Below are positions 29,295 through 38,166 of a DNA stretch of 64,000 bases, piece by piece. Where the stretch lies: NCBI GenBank assembly GCA_963781885.1, contig CAWAHW010000002.1, positions 128,001 to 192,000 on the forward strand. The letters are read 5' to 3'. The DNA comes from an uncultured Spirochaetota bacterium (GTDB taxonomy: Bacteria > Spirochaetota > Spirochaetia > SZUA-6 > Fen-1364). Made by a program: the position numbers and the translations under genes. The notes under the pieces are model-generated. The model ran no database searches and was not told the DNA's origin. It worked only from the letters and a program-made list of their open reading frames with translations. Positions within the stretch are counted from its first letter, which is position 1. Every line of letters starts with the position of its first letter.

Positions 29295-30374
29295 TCACCG
29301 GTTGCAGCCGCATGAGGCGCGGATCTTGAGCTCAGGTGAGGATCTATGGGTCTCGTTCGCGAAAACGCCGTGAGCGGTCATGTCGAGCGCAATGGCTCCC
29401 ACGATCTCCCCCAGGTGCCGCGCGCCGGGATCCAACGATGTCATGCCCATCCCAAGGGCGAGGCCGGAGTTTCCATAGCCGATCACCGAGCAGTCCCGTC
29501 CGGGTGCGAGCCCGGTCGAGGTCAGTCCGTGGAGTGCCCCTGCCGCCGTCTCATCCGAGGCACAGAGGAATGCCCGGCATTCAGGCGACCGGGAGAGCAT
29601 CTGACGACAAGCGTCCTTTGCGGCGTCCACACCGGGCGCTATGGTTCGCATGAGCGCTGGCTCAACTGACAGCCCGGCCGCGGCCATCTCCTCCTCGTAG
29701 CCCTTTCGAAGCTGATCCACGGTAAAGCTCGTCTCTGCGGCAAGGAAGGCGATCGATCTGTGCCCGAGATCCTGGAGGTAGCGCACGGCATCACGTGCAC
29801 CTTTCACGTCGTCCACGATGACTTGGGGGGCGCGTGCCGGCTCCCGCAGGCCGCGTACGACGATGGTGTTCCGCAACTCTTCTCCCACCTGCACTATCGA
29901 CCTGGCCGATCCAGCAGGCTCGAGGATGACCAGCGACCCGGATTCGACGGCCTGGCCGTACAGAGCCGCTTCCAGGAGGACATCATTGTGATGGAGTGAG
30001 ACGCGCAGCGGCATGTCCAGGCTGCGGAGCTGCTCCTCCAATGACTCGAGGATCGCCGCATTCGTCTCATCCATGTGCGCGCAGAGCAGCTGCGCAAACG
30101 GGAAATGTGCCGCCCTCCGCGAAGCGACGGACCTGTCGCGCGAGTAGATGACGAGCGTGCCCTTGCCGCTGTAGCGCTCGATATAGCCCTCGAGCACGAG
30201 CTTCGCCAGCGCGTTCCTGACCGTGAGATGCGTGGTCGCGAACCTGTCCTTCAGCGCGCGCTCGGGCGGGAACCAGTCCCCCTTGCGATACTTGCCGGAC
30301 CTTATTTCCTCCCTGAGCTCCAGGTAGATTTTCTCGTAGAGGTACTGGCTGGTTCCCGCGGGTTCCTGCGACAT
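29295..30374 (-). CDS. GntR-HTH + LacI-type effector domain regulator (AraR-like)
   Basis: N-terminal GntR 'PPERAL...TVRNAL...GKGT'; C-terminal 'YLQDLGHRSIAF', 'CASDETA', 'SVIGYGN'; divergent from the BMC operon. Confidence 0.85.
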   Translation of the reverse strand: MSQEPAGTSQYLYEKIYLELREEIRSGKYRKGDWFPPERALKDRFATTHLTVRNALAKLVLEGYIERYSGKGTLVIYSRDRSVASRRAAHFPFAQLLCAHMDETNAAILESLEEQLRSLDMPLRVSLHHNDVLLEAALYGQAVESGSLVILEPAGSARSIVQVGEELRNTIVVRGLREPARAPQVIVDDVKGARDAVRYLQDLGHRSIAFLAAETSFTVDQLRKGYEEEMAAAGLSVEPALMRTIAPGVDAAKDACRQMLSRSPECRAFLCASDETAAGALHGLTSTGLAPGRDCSVIGYGNSGLALGMGMTSLDPGARHLGEIVGAIALDMTAHGVFANETHRSSPELKIRASCGCNR

Positions 30375-30468
30375 ATGGCTGCCGGTGGATCTTACTGTAA
30401 GATGCGCGGTTTTCGATCTCAAGGTTCGTCCTTCGCCGCGCATCATATGGCATATTTTCGTTGAATGC

Positions 30469-30551
30469 TATATAGCGCTTACGAAGTCAAAATATCCATA
30501 TTAAAAAAAGTCTTGACAGGTAGGATGTTATGCTATATATAGCGCTATATA
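30469..30551 (+). promoter_or_regulatory. BMC operon promoter and operators
   Basis: TTGACA 30513-30518; 16-bp palindrome TATATAGCGCTATATA 30536-30551 over the -10; partial copy TATATAGCGCT 30469-30479. Confidence 0.7.
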
Positions 30552-30575
30552 CAGTGATTGCGGAGGGAGCCAACT

Positions 30576-31340
30576 ATGGATCTGGGCTTGAAGGGCAAGA
30601 CCGCCCTCGTGACGGGCGGGGGAACGGGGATTGGGGCGGGGATCTGTGAAGCGCTGGCGCAGGAAGGCGTGAACGTCGGGGTCAACTGGATCGTCGGTAA
30701 GGACGACGTCACCGCTTTTGCCGCCCGCTTGAGCCGAACCTACGAAACGGACTGCCGCCCCTTCTATGCAGACGTCTCCAAGCCGGATGACCTGGACGCG
30801 ATGGTGCGGGAGCTGATCGCGGCGTACGGTCGCATCGACATCCTGGTGAACAACGCGGGCATCTGGCCCACGGAGGACATCCTCGACATGCCGGACCGCA
30901 ACTGGGACAAGGTCATCGGCATCAATCTCAACGGGCCGTTCATGCTCTGCAAGAGGGTCGCGCAGCACATGGTGGCGGCCGGCATCAAGGGGAGCATCGT
31001 CAACCTGTCCTCCAAGTCGGGCATCACGTACAACACGGGCGGTCACGCGCACTACGCGTCGGCCAAGGCCGCGATCATCATGCTCACGAAGTCCCTCCAG
31101 CGGGAGCTCGCGCAGCATGGCATCCGCGCCAACGCGATCGCCCCCGGCATGGTGCGCACGCCCATCAACGAGGACAAATGGACCGACCCCGAGCTGAAAA
31201 AGGCGTACGAGGCGCGCATCCCGTCGGGGCGTTTCGCGCTCCCCGTGGAGATCGGCTACGCGGTTGCGTTCCTGGTGTCGGAGAAATCGTTCAACATCAT
31301 GGGAACCTGTCTCGACGTCACCGGCGGAATGCTGATATAG
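30576..31340 (+). CDS. SDR oxidoreductase
   Basis: TGGGTGIG, NNAG, YASAK; SD GGAGGGAG. Confidence 0.9.
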   Translation: MDLGLKGKTALVTGGGTGIGAGICEALAQEGVNVGVNWIVGKDDVTAFAARLSRTYETDCRPFYADVSKPDDLDAMVRELIAAYGRIDILVNNAGIWPTEDILDMPDRNWDKVIGINLNGPFMLCKRVAQHMVAAGIKGSIVNLSSKSGITYNTGGHAHYASAKAAIIMLTKSLQRELAQHGIRANAIAPGMVRTPINEDKWTDPELKKAYEARIPSGRFALPVEIGYAVAFLVSEKSFNIMGTCLDVTGGMLI

Positions 31341-31350
31341 GAGGAAGGAA

Positions 31351-32131
31351 ATGAGCGTGAACCTTTCGGGAAAGACCTGCGTCGTCACCGGCTCGGCAAA
31401 GAGCATTGGACTGGGTGTGGCGGAGATGTATTGCAGCCTGGGGGCAAAAGTGGCCATGATCGATATCAACCCCGACGTCCTGAAGGAAGCCGAGCGGCTG
31501 TCGAAGGCGGGGAACGCGGTCCGGGGCTACATCCTGGACATCACCGATAAGAAGGCGGTGGGGGAATGCTTCCAGGATATCGCAAAGAAGCTGGGCGACG
31601 TCTTCGCGCTCGCAAATATTGCGGGGGCCGTCGACCAGCAGCCGTTCGAGGAGATTACGCCCGAGCGGCTCGACAAGATGAACAGGATCAATATCAATGG
31701 AACGATCTGGTGCGCGCAGGGCGCGCTCATGACAATGAAGAAGCTCAAGGACGGACGGATCATCAACTTCGCCTCGAAGTCGGGCAAGACGGGCTCCGCC
31801 ATCATGGCCGCCTACTCGGGGGCAAAGGGCGCGATCATCTCGATCACGCACGCCATGGCCTTCGAGCTCGCGAAGGAAAACATCAAGGTGAACTGCCTCT
31901 GCCCCGGCATCGTCGAGAAGACGGGAGTCTGGGGCGCGGTGAGCAAGGGCTACGTGGAGAACCTCAAGATGGAGGAGGAGGCCGTGGTGAAGCAGTTCAC
32001 CTCAAAGGTCCCTCTCGGGAGGCTCTGCAGGATCGATGACGTGGTGGCATTCGTGAGGTTCCTGACGGTGGACGGGGACTACTGCACCGGCCAGGCTTTC
32101 AATGTCAGCGGCGGACGGGAAATGCACGTAG
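31351..32131 (+). CDS. SDR oxidoreductase, sorbitol-6-phosphate dehydrogenase-like
   Basis: TGSAKSIG, 'ASKSGKTG', YSGAK, 'YCTGQAFNVSGGREMH'. The probable true stop TAG 32129-32131 is displaced by one base; the ORF track reads on to 32175. Confidence 0.8.
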
Positions 32132-32155
32132 GAACCACAGAGGAAGGGGGATGGA

Positions 32156-32449
32156 ATGGCGGAGAACCAGTTTGATGCTCTGGGCATGATCGAGACGCGC
32201 GGATTCGCGGCGATGGTGGAAGCGGCGGACGCGATGGTGAAGGCCGCGAAGGTCGATCTTGTGGGCTACGAGAAGATCGGCGGCGGGTACGTGACGGCGG
32301 TCGTGCGCGGCGACGTTGCCGCCTGTCGCGCGGCGGTGGATGCCGGTGCGCGTGCGGCGGAGAAGGTGGGAGAGATCGTGAGCACGCACGTGATCCCGCG
32401 GCCGCATGAAAGCGTGGACGCGGCGCTGCCGTTGGGCAGGAAGGGGTAG
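32156..32449 (+). CDS. BMC-H hexamer shell protein
   Basis: 'ALGMIETRG...AADAMVKAA...[17 protein letters not shown]...VIPRPH' (PduA/EutM-like). Confidence 0.97.
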   Translation: MAENQFDALGMIETRGFAAMVEAADAMVKAAKVDLVGYEKIGGGYVTAVVRGDVAACRAAVDAGARAAEKVGEIVSTHVIPRPHESVDAALPLGRKG

Positions 32450-32452
32450 GCC

Positions 32453-33094
32453 ATGGCGGTAGACCTCAGGACCTACGTATTCCTCGATTCGCTGCAGCTT
32501 CAGAACGCATCGTTCATCGCCACCGTGTCCAAGGGGTATTACCCCATCGGCATGCAGGCCTGCTGCGTCATCGAGATCGCCCCGGGCATCGAGATCAACA
32601 GGCTCACCGATATCGCGCTGAAGGCCACGAACGTGACCCCCGGCCTCCAGATCGTCGAACGAGCCTACGGACTTCTGGAGGTCCACTCGGACAGCCAGGG
32701 CGATGCGCGCATGGCCGGCGAGGCGGTGCTGCGCGAGCTGAAAAAGACCGAGCAGGATCGGCTGAAGCCGCGGGTGATGACCAGCCAGCTCATCAAGAAC
32801 ATCTCCGACCATCACGCGCAGCTCATCAACAAGGTGCGTCACGGCAACATGGTGCTGCGCGGCGACACGCTGTACGTGCTGGAGGTGGAGCCCGCGGGCT
32901 ACGCCTACTACGCGGCCAACGAGGCGGAGAAGACCTCGAAGGTGAACATCATCGAGGTGCTGGGCTTCGGGGCATTCGGCCGGGTGTACATCGCCGGGGA
33001 CGAGGCGGAGGTCATCGAGGCGCGCAAGGTGGTGGAGTCGCGTTTGGGCGGATTGAGCGGCCGCGAGATCGCGGCAAATACCCAGAGGATATAA
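32453..33094 (+). CDS. BMC-T(dp) double-stacking trimer shell protein
   Basis: '[11 protein letters not shown]', 'EIAPG', '[11 protein letters not shown]', 'ANEAEK', 'GAFGR' (CcmP/CsoS1D/Haliangium T2 type). Confidence 0.93.
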   Translation: MAVDLRTYVFLDSLQLQNASFIATVSKGYYPIGMQACCVIEIAPGIEINRLTDIALKATNVTPGLQIVERAYGLLEVHSDSQGDARMAGEAVLRELKKTEQDRLKPRVMTSQLIKNISDHHAQLINKVRHGNMVLRGDTLYVLEVEPAGYAYYAANEAEKTSKVNIIEVLGFGAFGRVYIAGDEAEVIEARKVVESRLGGLSGREIAANTQRI

Positions 33095-33144
33095 GAGCCC
33101 AGGTTTGGGCGGGCATTCGAGCCGTGGATAAGGGGAAGGAAACT

Positions 33145-33465
33145 ATGGCGGAGAACCAGTTTGACGCTTTGGGCATGATCGAGACGCGCGGATTCGCGGC
33201 GATGGTGGAAGCGGCGGACGCGATGGTGAAGGCCGCGAAGGTCGATCTTGTGGGCTACGAGAAGATCGGCGGCGGGTACGTGACGGCGGTCGTGCGCGGC
33301 GACGTTGCCGCCTGTCGCGCGGCGGTGGATGCCGGTGCGCGTGCGGCGGAGAAGGTGGGAGAGATCGTGAGCACGCACGTGATCCCGCGGCCGCATGAAA
33401 GCGTGGACGCGGCGCTGCCCCTCGGGCGGCAGCCCAGCGGCCCGAAACCGGCGGCGAAGAAGTAG
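33145..33465 (+). CDS. BMC-H hexamer shell protein with basic C-terminal tail
   Basis: Same core protein as 32156, ending [12 protein letters not shown]. Confidence 0.97.
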   Translation: MAENQFDALGMIETRGFAAMVEAADAMVKAAKVDLVGYEKIGGGYVTAVVRGDVAACRAAVDAGARAAEKVGEIVSTHVIPRPHESVDAALPLGRQPSGPKPAAKK

Positions 33466-33503
33466 CGGCGCGCGGGCGACGTGCCCGCGGAAGGGATGCG
33501 GTC

Positions 33504-33824
33504 ATGGTACTGGCGCGGGTGAAAGGCACGGTGGTGAGCACGCACAAGCCTTCCTCCATGGAAGGGCTGCGGCTGCTCCTGCTGGAGAAGGTGGACGCGG
33601 TGACCCTCAAGGGAAAGGGCGACTTCGTCGTCGGCATCGACAGCGTGGGCGCGAATGCCGGGGAGATCGTGTTCTACGTCACGGGATCCAGCGCGCGCAT
33701 GACGGACGCCACGAAGGGCAAGCCGTCGGATGCCACGATCATCGCGATCGTGGATGCCATCGAGAAGGACGGCGCGCTCACCTACGACAAGGCACGCGGG
33801 GACGCCGCGGCAGGCCCGGCATGA
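33504..33824 (+). CDS. BMC-P pentamer (EutN/CcmL)
   Basis: 'LARVKGTVVSTHK', 'DSVGA..GE', 'DATIIAIVD'. Confidence 0.93.
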   Translation: MVLARVKGTVVSTHKPSSMEGLRLLLLEKVDAVTLKGKGDFVVGIDSVGANAGEIVFYVTGSSARMTDATKGKPSDATIIAIVDAIEKDGALTYDKARGDAAAGPA

Positions 33825-34114
33825 ACCTTGCGCGGGTGCGGGGCACGGTGGTTGCCAGCGTTCGATCGGACAAGGTGGAAGGGGCGAAGTGGCTCCTCAT
33901 CGAGGACTGCGACCAGTCGGGCAAGGGACGCGGCGAGTACCTCGTGGCGCTCGACATGGTGGGCGCCAACCGGGGCGAGCTCGTGCTCGTCACCCAGGGA
34001 AGCTCCTGCCGTTGGACGTACCGCACGGAGGACCGGCCGATGGACACCCTTGTCGTCGCGATCGTGGATGCCATCGACCAGCGCGGGGCCGTGGTCTATG
34101 CCGCGGCTCACTGA
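33821..34114 (+). CDS. BMC-P pentamer (EutN/CcmL)
   Basis: MNLARVRGTVVAS, 'ALDMVGANRGE', 'DTLVVAIVD'. Confidence 0.9.
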   Translation: MNLARVRGTVVASVRSDKVEGAKWLLIEDCDQSGKGRGEYLVALDMVGANRGELVLVTQGSSCRWTYRTEDRPMDTLVVAIVDAIDQRGAVVYAAAH

Positions 34115-34124
34115 GGGATGACGC

Positions 34125-35573
34125 ATGGCAAACCCGGCTGACGAGATTCGACAGATCGTCGCGGAGGTCCTGAAGAGCGCCGACGTCGCGGCGATGCTCA
34201 ACGGGACGGGCGCGGCAGCGGGCGCGGCGCGCCCGGGCGTCGCCTTCGGCAATGGCGTGTTCGCCGACATCGACTCCGCGGTCGGTGCCGCCGCGGCGGC
34301 ACAGAGGGAGCTTGCGGAGCTGCCGCTGGACACCCGCCGCCGCATGATCGACGCGATGCGTCACGCGGTCATTGCCGCCAACGATTCCTTCAGCGCCGAG
34401 GCCGTGGCGGAGACCGGCCTGGGCAACGTGCGGGACAAGAAGGTCAAGAACGAGCTCGCGGCGGCAAAGACCCCCGGCGTGGAGGACGTCGAGCCCTCCG
34501 CATACTCCGACGAGCACGGCCTCACCATCACGGAGCGCGCGCCGTATGGCGTGATCGGCGCGATCACGCCGGTGACCAATCCCACCGCCACGATCACGAG
34601 CAATTCCATCGGCATGATCTCCGCGGGCAATTCCGTTGTTTTCAACGTGCACCCGAACGCAAAGGGGGTCTCCAATCGGCTTGTTGCGCTTCTCAACGAT
34701 GCCATCGCGGGCGCGGGCGGGCCGCGCAACCTCCTCTGTGCCATTGCCGAGCCCACCATCGAAAGCGCGGGCGAGCTGATGAAGCATCGCGGTGTGGCGA
34801 TCCTCGTCGTCACCGGCGGCCCCGGCGTGGTGAAGGCGGCCATGGGCAGTGGCAAGAAGGCAATCTGCGCCGGTCCGGGCAACCCTCCCTGTGTCGTGGA
34901 CGCTACCGCCGACATGTCGAAGGCCGGTCGGGACATCGTGGCAGGGGCCAGCTTCGACAACAACGTGGTCTGCATCTGCGAGAAGGAAGTGCTCGCCGTG
35001 GATTCCATCGCGGACAGGCTGAAGCAGGAGATGAGGGCCAACGGCGCCTTCGAGCTCAACCCGAGCCAGCGTGACGCGGTGACCCGTCTGGTGATCCCCT
35101 CGCCCAAGGGGCCGCGCGTCGAGAGCGCGCCGAACAAGGACATGGTGGGAAAGGACGCGGCGTTCATCGCACGCGCGGCCGGCATCGAGGTTCCCCCCTC
35201 CACAAGGCTCCTCCTGATGGAGGTGGATCGTGATCACCCCCTGGTGTGGAGCGAGCAGCTCATGCCCGTGCTGCCCCTCGTGCGCATGCAGAGCGCCGAC
35301 GAGGCCATCGATTTTGCCGTGGCGGTGGAGCATGGGTTCCGGCATACGGCCATGATCCACTCCCACGACATCGAGAAGCTTTCCCGGATGGCGCGCCTCA
35401 TGAACTGCTCCCTGTTCGTGAAGAATGGTCCTTGCTACGCCGGTCTCGGCCAGGGCGGGGCAGGGTTCACCTCGTTCACCATCGCCAGCCCCACCGGCGA
35501 AGGGCTCACCCGTGCGCGCACGTTCACCCGTGAACGGCGCTGCACGCTGGTGGACTATTTCAGGATCGTGTAG
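34125..35573 (+). CDS. CoA-acylating aldehyde dehydrogenase (EutE/PduP) with N-terminal encapsulation peptide
   Basis: 'ITPVTNPT', 'TGGPGVV', 'AGPGNPP', 'FDNNVVCICEK', 'IASPTGEG', 'RRC'; amphipathic 'EIRQIVAEVLK' plus linker. Confidence 0.95.
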   Translation: MANPADEIRQIVAEVLKSADVAAMLNGTGAAAGAARPGVAFGNGVFADIDSAVGAAAAAQRELAELPLDTRRRMIDAMRHAVIAANDSFSAEAVAETGLGNVRDKKVKNELAAAKTPGVEDVEPSAYSDEHGLTITERAPYGVIGAITPVTNPTATITSNSIGMISAGNSVVFNVHPNAKGVSNRLVALLNDAIAGAGGPRNLLCAIAEPTIESAGELMKHRGVAILVVTGGPGVVKAAMGSGKKAICAGPGNPPCVVDATADMSKAGRDIVAGASFDNNVVCICEKEVLAVDSIADRLKQEMRANGAFELNPSQRDAVTRLVIPSPKGPRVESAPNKDMVGKDAAFIARAAGIEVPPSTRLLLMEVDRDHPLVWSEQLMPVLPLVRMQSADEAIDFAVAVEHGFRHTAMIHSHDIEKLSRMARLMNCSLFVKNGPCYAGLGQGGAGFTSFTIASPTGEGLTRARTFTRERRCTLVDYFRIV

Positions 35574-35575
35574 CC

Positions 35576-35860
35576 ATGAAGCTGGGACGCGTGATCGGCA
35601 GGGTGGTCTGCACGCAGAAGATGGAGTGTTTCGAGGGATTGAAGCTCCTCCTCGTGCAGCCGGTGGATGAGGACGGCAAAGACGCCGGCAGTCCCCTTGT
35701 GGCCTTCGACGTGGCACGGGCGGGGGAGGGGGACCTCGTGATGTTCGAAGCGGGAAAGGAAGCTGCGCAGGCGAACCCCAACGGCTGGTTCAATCCCGGC
35801 GACGCGGCGATCCTTGGGGTCGTGGATGAGGTATCGACAGGACCGCGGAGGGGCCGATGA
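35576..35860 (+). CDS. BMC-P pentamer (EutN/CcmL)
   Basis: 'MKLGRVIGRVVCTQK', 'DAAILGVVD'. Confidence 0.92.
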   Translation: MKLGRVIGRVVCTQKMECFEGLKLLLVQPVDEDGKDAGSPLVAFDVARAGEGDLVMFEAGKEAAQANPNGWFNPGDAAILGVVDEVSTGPRRGR

Positions 35861-36165
35861 CGCTTGCGAAGGTGACGGCGAATGTCGTTTCCACGGAGAA
35901 GCATGCCCACTACCGGGGTCGCAAGATCCTCGTGGTCCAGCCGGTGGGGCCCGATGGGACGCCGAAGGGGAAGAGCTTGCTCGCGGTGGACGGCGTGCAG
36001 GCGGGAATCGGCGACCTCGTGCTCGTTGTGGACGAGGGCGGCTCCGCGCGCGCGGTGATCGGCGATGAGACCGCGATGACCATCCGGACTGCGATCTGCG
36101 GGATCGTCGACCGCATTGATGTCGCGGAAGATCCCGCGACATCAATTGACATCGAGAACCGGTGA
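35857..36165 (+). CDS. BMC-P pentamer (EutN/CcmL)
   Basis: 'LAKVTANVVSTEKH', 'AVDGVQAGIGD', 'ICGIVD'. Confidence 0.92.
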   Translation: MTLAKVTANVVSTEKHAHYRGRKILVVQPVGPDGTPKGKSLLAVDGVQAGIGDLVLVVDEGGSARAVIGDETAMTIRTAICGIVDRIDVAEDPATSIDIENR

Positions 36166-36172
36166 GGGAGAA

Positions 36173-36640
36173 GTGAGCGGCAAAGATAACGTGCGCAGCG
36201 TGGCCATCGGCTCCGACCACGGGGCATTCAGCCAGAAGGAAGCGCTGAAGACATACCTGCAGACTGCGGGCTACCGGGTCGTGGACGTCGGCTGCTTCGA
36301 CAAAGGTCCGGTTGACTACCCGGACATCGCCGTGGCGGTGTGCCGCCACGTGGTGAGCGGGGACTGCGAACGGGGGATCGTGCTGGACGGGGCCGGGATC
36401 GGCTCCTGCATCGCCGCGAACAAGATCAAGGGGATCCGCGCGGCTCTCTGCTACGACATCCGCACCGTCATCAACAGCCGGGAGCACAACAACGCCAACG
36501 TGCTCACCCTCGGCGGACCGCTGCACGACGCGGGGCAGCTCGCCGACATGGCGCGCACGTGGCTGGAGACCCGCTTCGGCGGCGGGCGGCACATCATCCG
36601 GGTGAACAAGATCATGGCAATCGAACGAGGAGGCGTGTGA
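36173..36640 (+). CDS. rpiB: Ribose-5-phosphate isomerase B family
   Basis: 'GSDHG', 'DYPD', 'AANKIKGIRAA', 'REHNNANVL', 'GGRH'. Confidence 0.92.
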   Translation: MSGKDNVRSVAIGSDHGAFSQKEALKTYLQTAGYRVVDVGCFDKGPVDYPDIAVAVCRHVVSGDCERGIVLDGAGIGSCIAANKIKGIRAALCYDIRTVINSREHNNANVLTLGGPLHDAGQLADMARTWLETRFGGGRHIIRVNKIMAIERGGV

Positions 36641-36645
36641 GACTC

Positions 36646-37437
36646 ATGGACCAGAACCAGTTGATCGAAAAGATCGTGAGCGAGGTCATGGCGCGGATGG
36701 CCGCCGCTCCTGCCGCGGGGAAACCGGCGGAATCGGGCGCCACCAGCGCGTCGGCCGTCCCCGCCCTGGGGTCGGCGGACATCGCGAAATACATCGACCA
36801 CACCATGCTGCGGCCCGAGGCTCCCACCGCCGCGTTCGACAAGCTCTGCCAGGAGGCGCTGCAGTATCACTTCTTTGCAGTCTGCGTGAACTCCTGTCGC
36901 GTTTCCTACGTGGCGCGCAAGCTCCAGGGCACGGGCATCAAGGTCGCCTCCGTGGTCGGTTTTCCCCTCGGTGCCATGACGAGCCGGTCCAAGGCCTTCG
37001 AGACGCGGGAGGCCATCGAGGACGGAGCCTCCGAGATCGATATGGTCATCAATATCGGCCTGCTGAAGTCGGGCGATCATCGCGGCGTGGAAGAGGATAT
37101 TCGCGCGGTGCGCCGTGCCACCCGGGGGAATACGATCCTGAAAGTGATCATTGAAACGGCCCTGCTTACCCAGGACGAGAAAGTCATGGCGTGCGAGCTT
37201 TCAAAGAAGGCTGGCGCCGACTTTGTGAAGACCTGTACCGGCTTCTCGGGCGGCGGCGCAAGCGTGGAGGACATTTCCCTGATGCGCCGCGTCGTGGGCA
37301 GCGAGATGGGGGTGAAGGCGAGCGGCGGCGTGCGCACGTACAAGAGCGCGCTCGCGTTCATCGGCGCGGGGGCAAGCAGGCTGGGCTGCGTGGCGAGCGT
37401 CGCCATCGTCACCGGTGCGGAGGGATCGGGGAGCTGA
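36646..37437 (+). CDS. deoC: Deoxyribose-phosphate aldolase with N-terminal encapsulation peptide
   Basis: 'YIDHT', 'VVGFPLG', 'EIDMVIN', 'KVIIET', 'FVKT', 'VKASGG'; N-terminal 'QLIEKIVSEVMARM' plus Ala/Pro linker. Confidence 0.93.
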   Translation: MDQNQLIEKIVSEVMARMAAAPAAGKPAESGATSASAVPALGSADIAKYIDHTMLRPEAPTAAFDKLCQEALQYHFFAVCVNSCRVSYVARKLQGTGIKVASVVGFPLGAMTSRSKAFETREAIEDGASEIDMVINIGLLKSGDHRGVEEDIRAVRRATRGNTILKVIIETALLTQDEKVMACELSKKAGADFVKTCTGFSGGGASVEDISLMRRVVGSEMGVKASGGVRTYKSALAFIGAGASRLGCVASVAIVTGAEGSGS

Positions 37438-37455
37438 CTAGCCCCCGCAAACCCC

Positions 37456-38166
37456 ATGGCACTCCTGATCCCGTCGATTCTTTCCGCCGATTTCACGCGA
37501 CTCGGCGATGAGCTGCGCGCAGTGGAGGCGGCCGGCGCAGACTGGATCCACGTCGACGTCATGGACGGGCATTTCGTTCCGAACCTCACCATGGGCCCGC
37601 TGGTCGTGGAGGCCGTGCGCCGGGTGACGCGGATCCCCATCGATGCCCACCTCATGATCGAGAACCCTGATCGGTTCATCGAGCGATTCGCCGAGGCGGG
37701 GGCCACGCACATCAGCGTGCACGCGGAGACCGCCGTCCATCTGAACCGCTCACTCCAGCTCGTGCGGTCGTGCGGCGCGCATCCCGGGATCGCTTTGGGG
37801 CCCGCCGCGCCCCTGTCGCTTGTCGAGTGGTCGCTGGACTACGCGGATTACGTTCTGCTCCTCGCGGTGAATCCCGGTTTCGGCGGGCAGGATTTTCAGC
37901 CCTGCGTGCTGGAAAAGATCCGCGCCTTTTGCGCCGAGATCCGGCGCCGGGGACTCTCGACAACCATTCAATCCGATGGCGGCATCAACCTGGGAACCAT
38001 CGCGGATTTCGCGGCGGCCGGTGTGGATGCATTCGTGGTTGGATCGGCGTTGTTCGGAAGCGGCGATTACCGCGCCACCCTGGCCGCGATGCGGCAGAAG
38101 GTGGAGCGCGCGGCGGGGCAGACCCCCGCGGTTGCCAGCCGCGGCGGCGCGGGGATCGGTCGATGA
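37456..38166 (+). CDS. rpe: Ribulose-phosphate 3-epimerase
   Basis: 'PSILSADF', 'HVDVMDGHFVPNLT', 'VNPGFGGQ', 'DGGI'. Confidence 0.95.
   Translation: MALLIPSILSADFTRLGDELRAVEAAGADWIHVDVMDGHFVPNLTMGPLVVEAVRRVTRIPIDAHLMIENPDRFIERFAEAGATHISVHAETAVHLNRSLQLVRSCGAHPGIALGPAAPLSLVEWSLDYADYVLLLAVNPGFGGQDFQPCVLEKIRAFCAEIRRRGLSTTIQSDGGINLGTIADFAAAGVDAFVVGSALFGSGDYRATLAAMRQKVERAAGQTPAVASRGGAGIGR

Larger units (their letters stand above)
32156..33419 (+). repeat. 275-bp direct repeat (the two BMC-H genes): 32156-32430 and 33145-33419
   Basis: By eye only two synonymous differences, both in the first 25 nt. Confidence 0.9.

Noticed and set aside
32126-32175. C-terminal extension of the second SDR as a possible encapsulation peptide
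   Set aside because: Not amphipathic, overlaps the BMC-H SD and start, and disappears if one base is removed (GGREMH-TAG).
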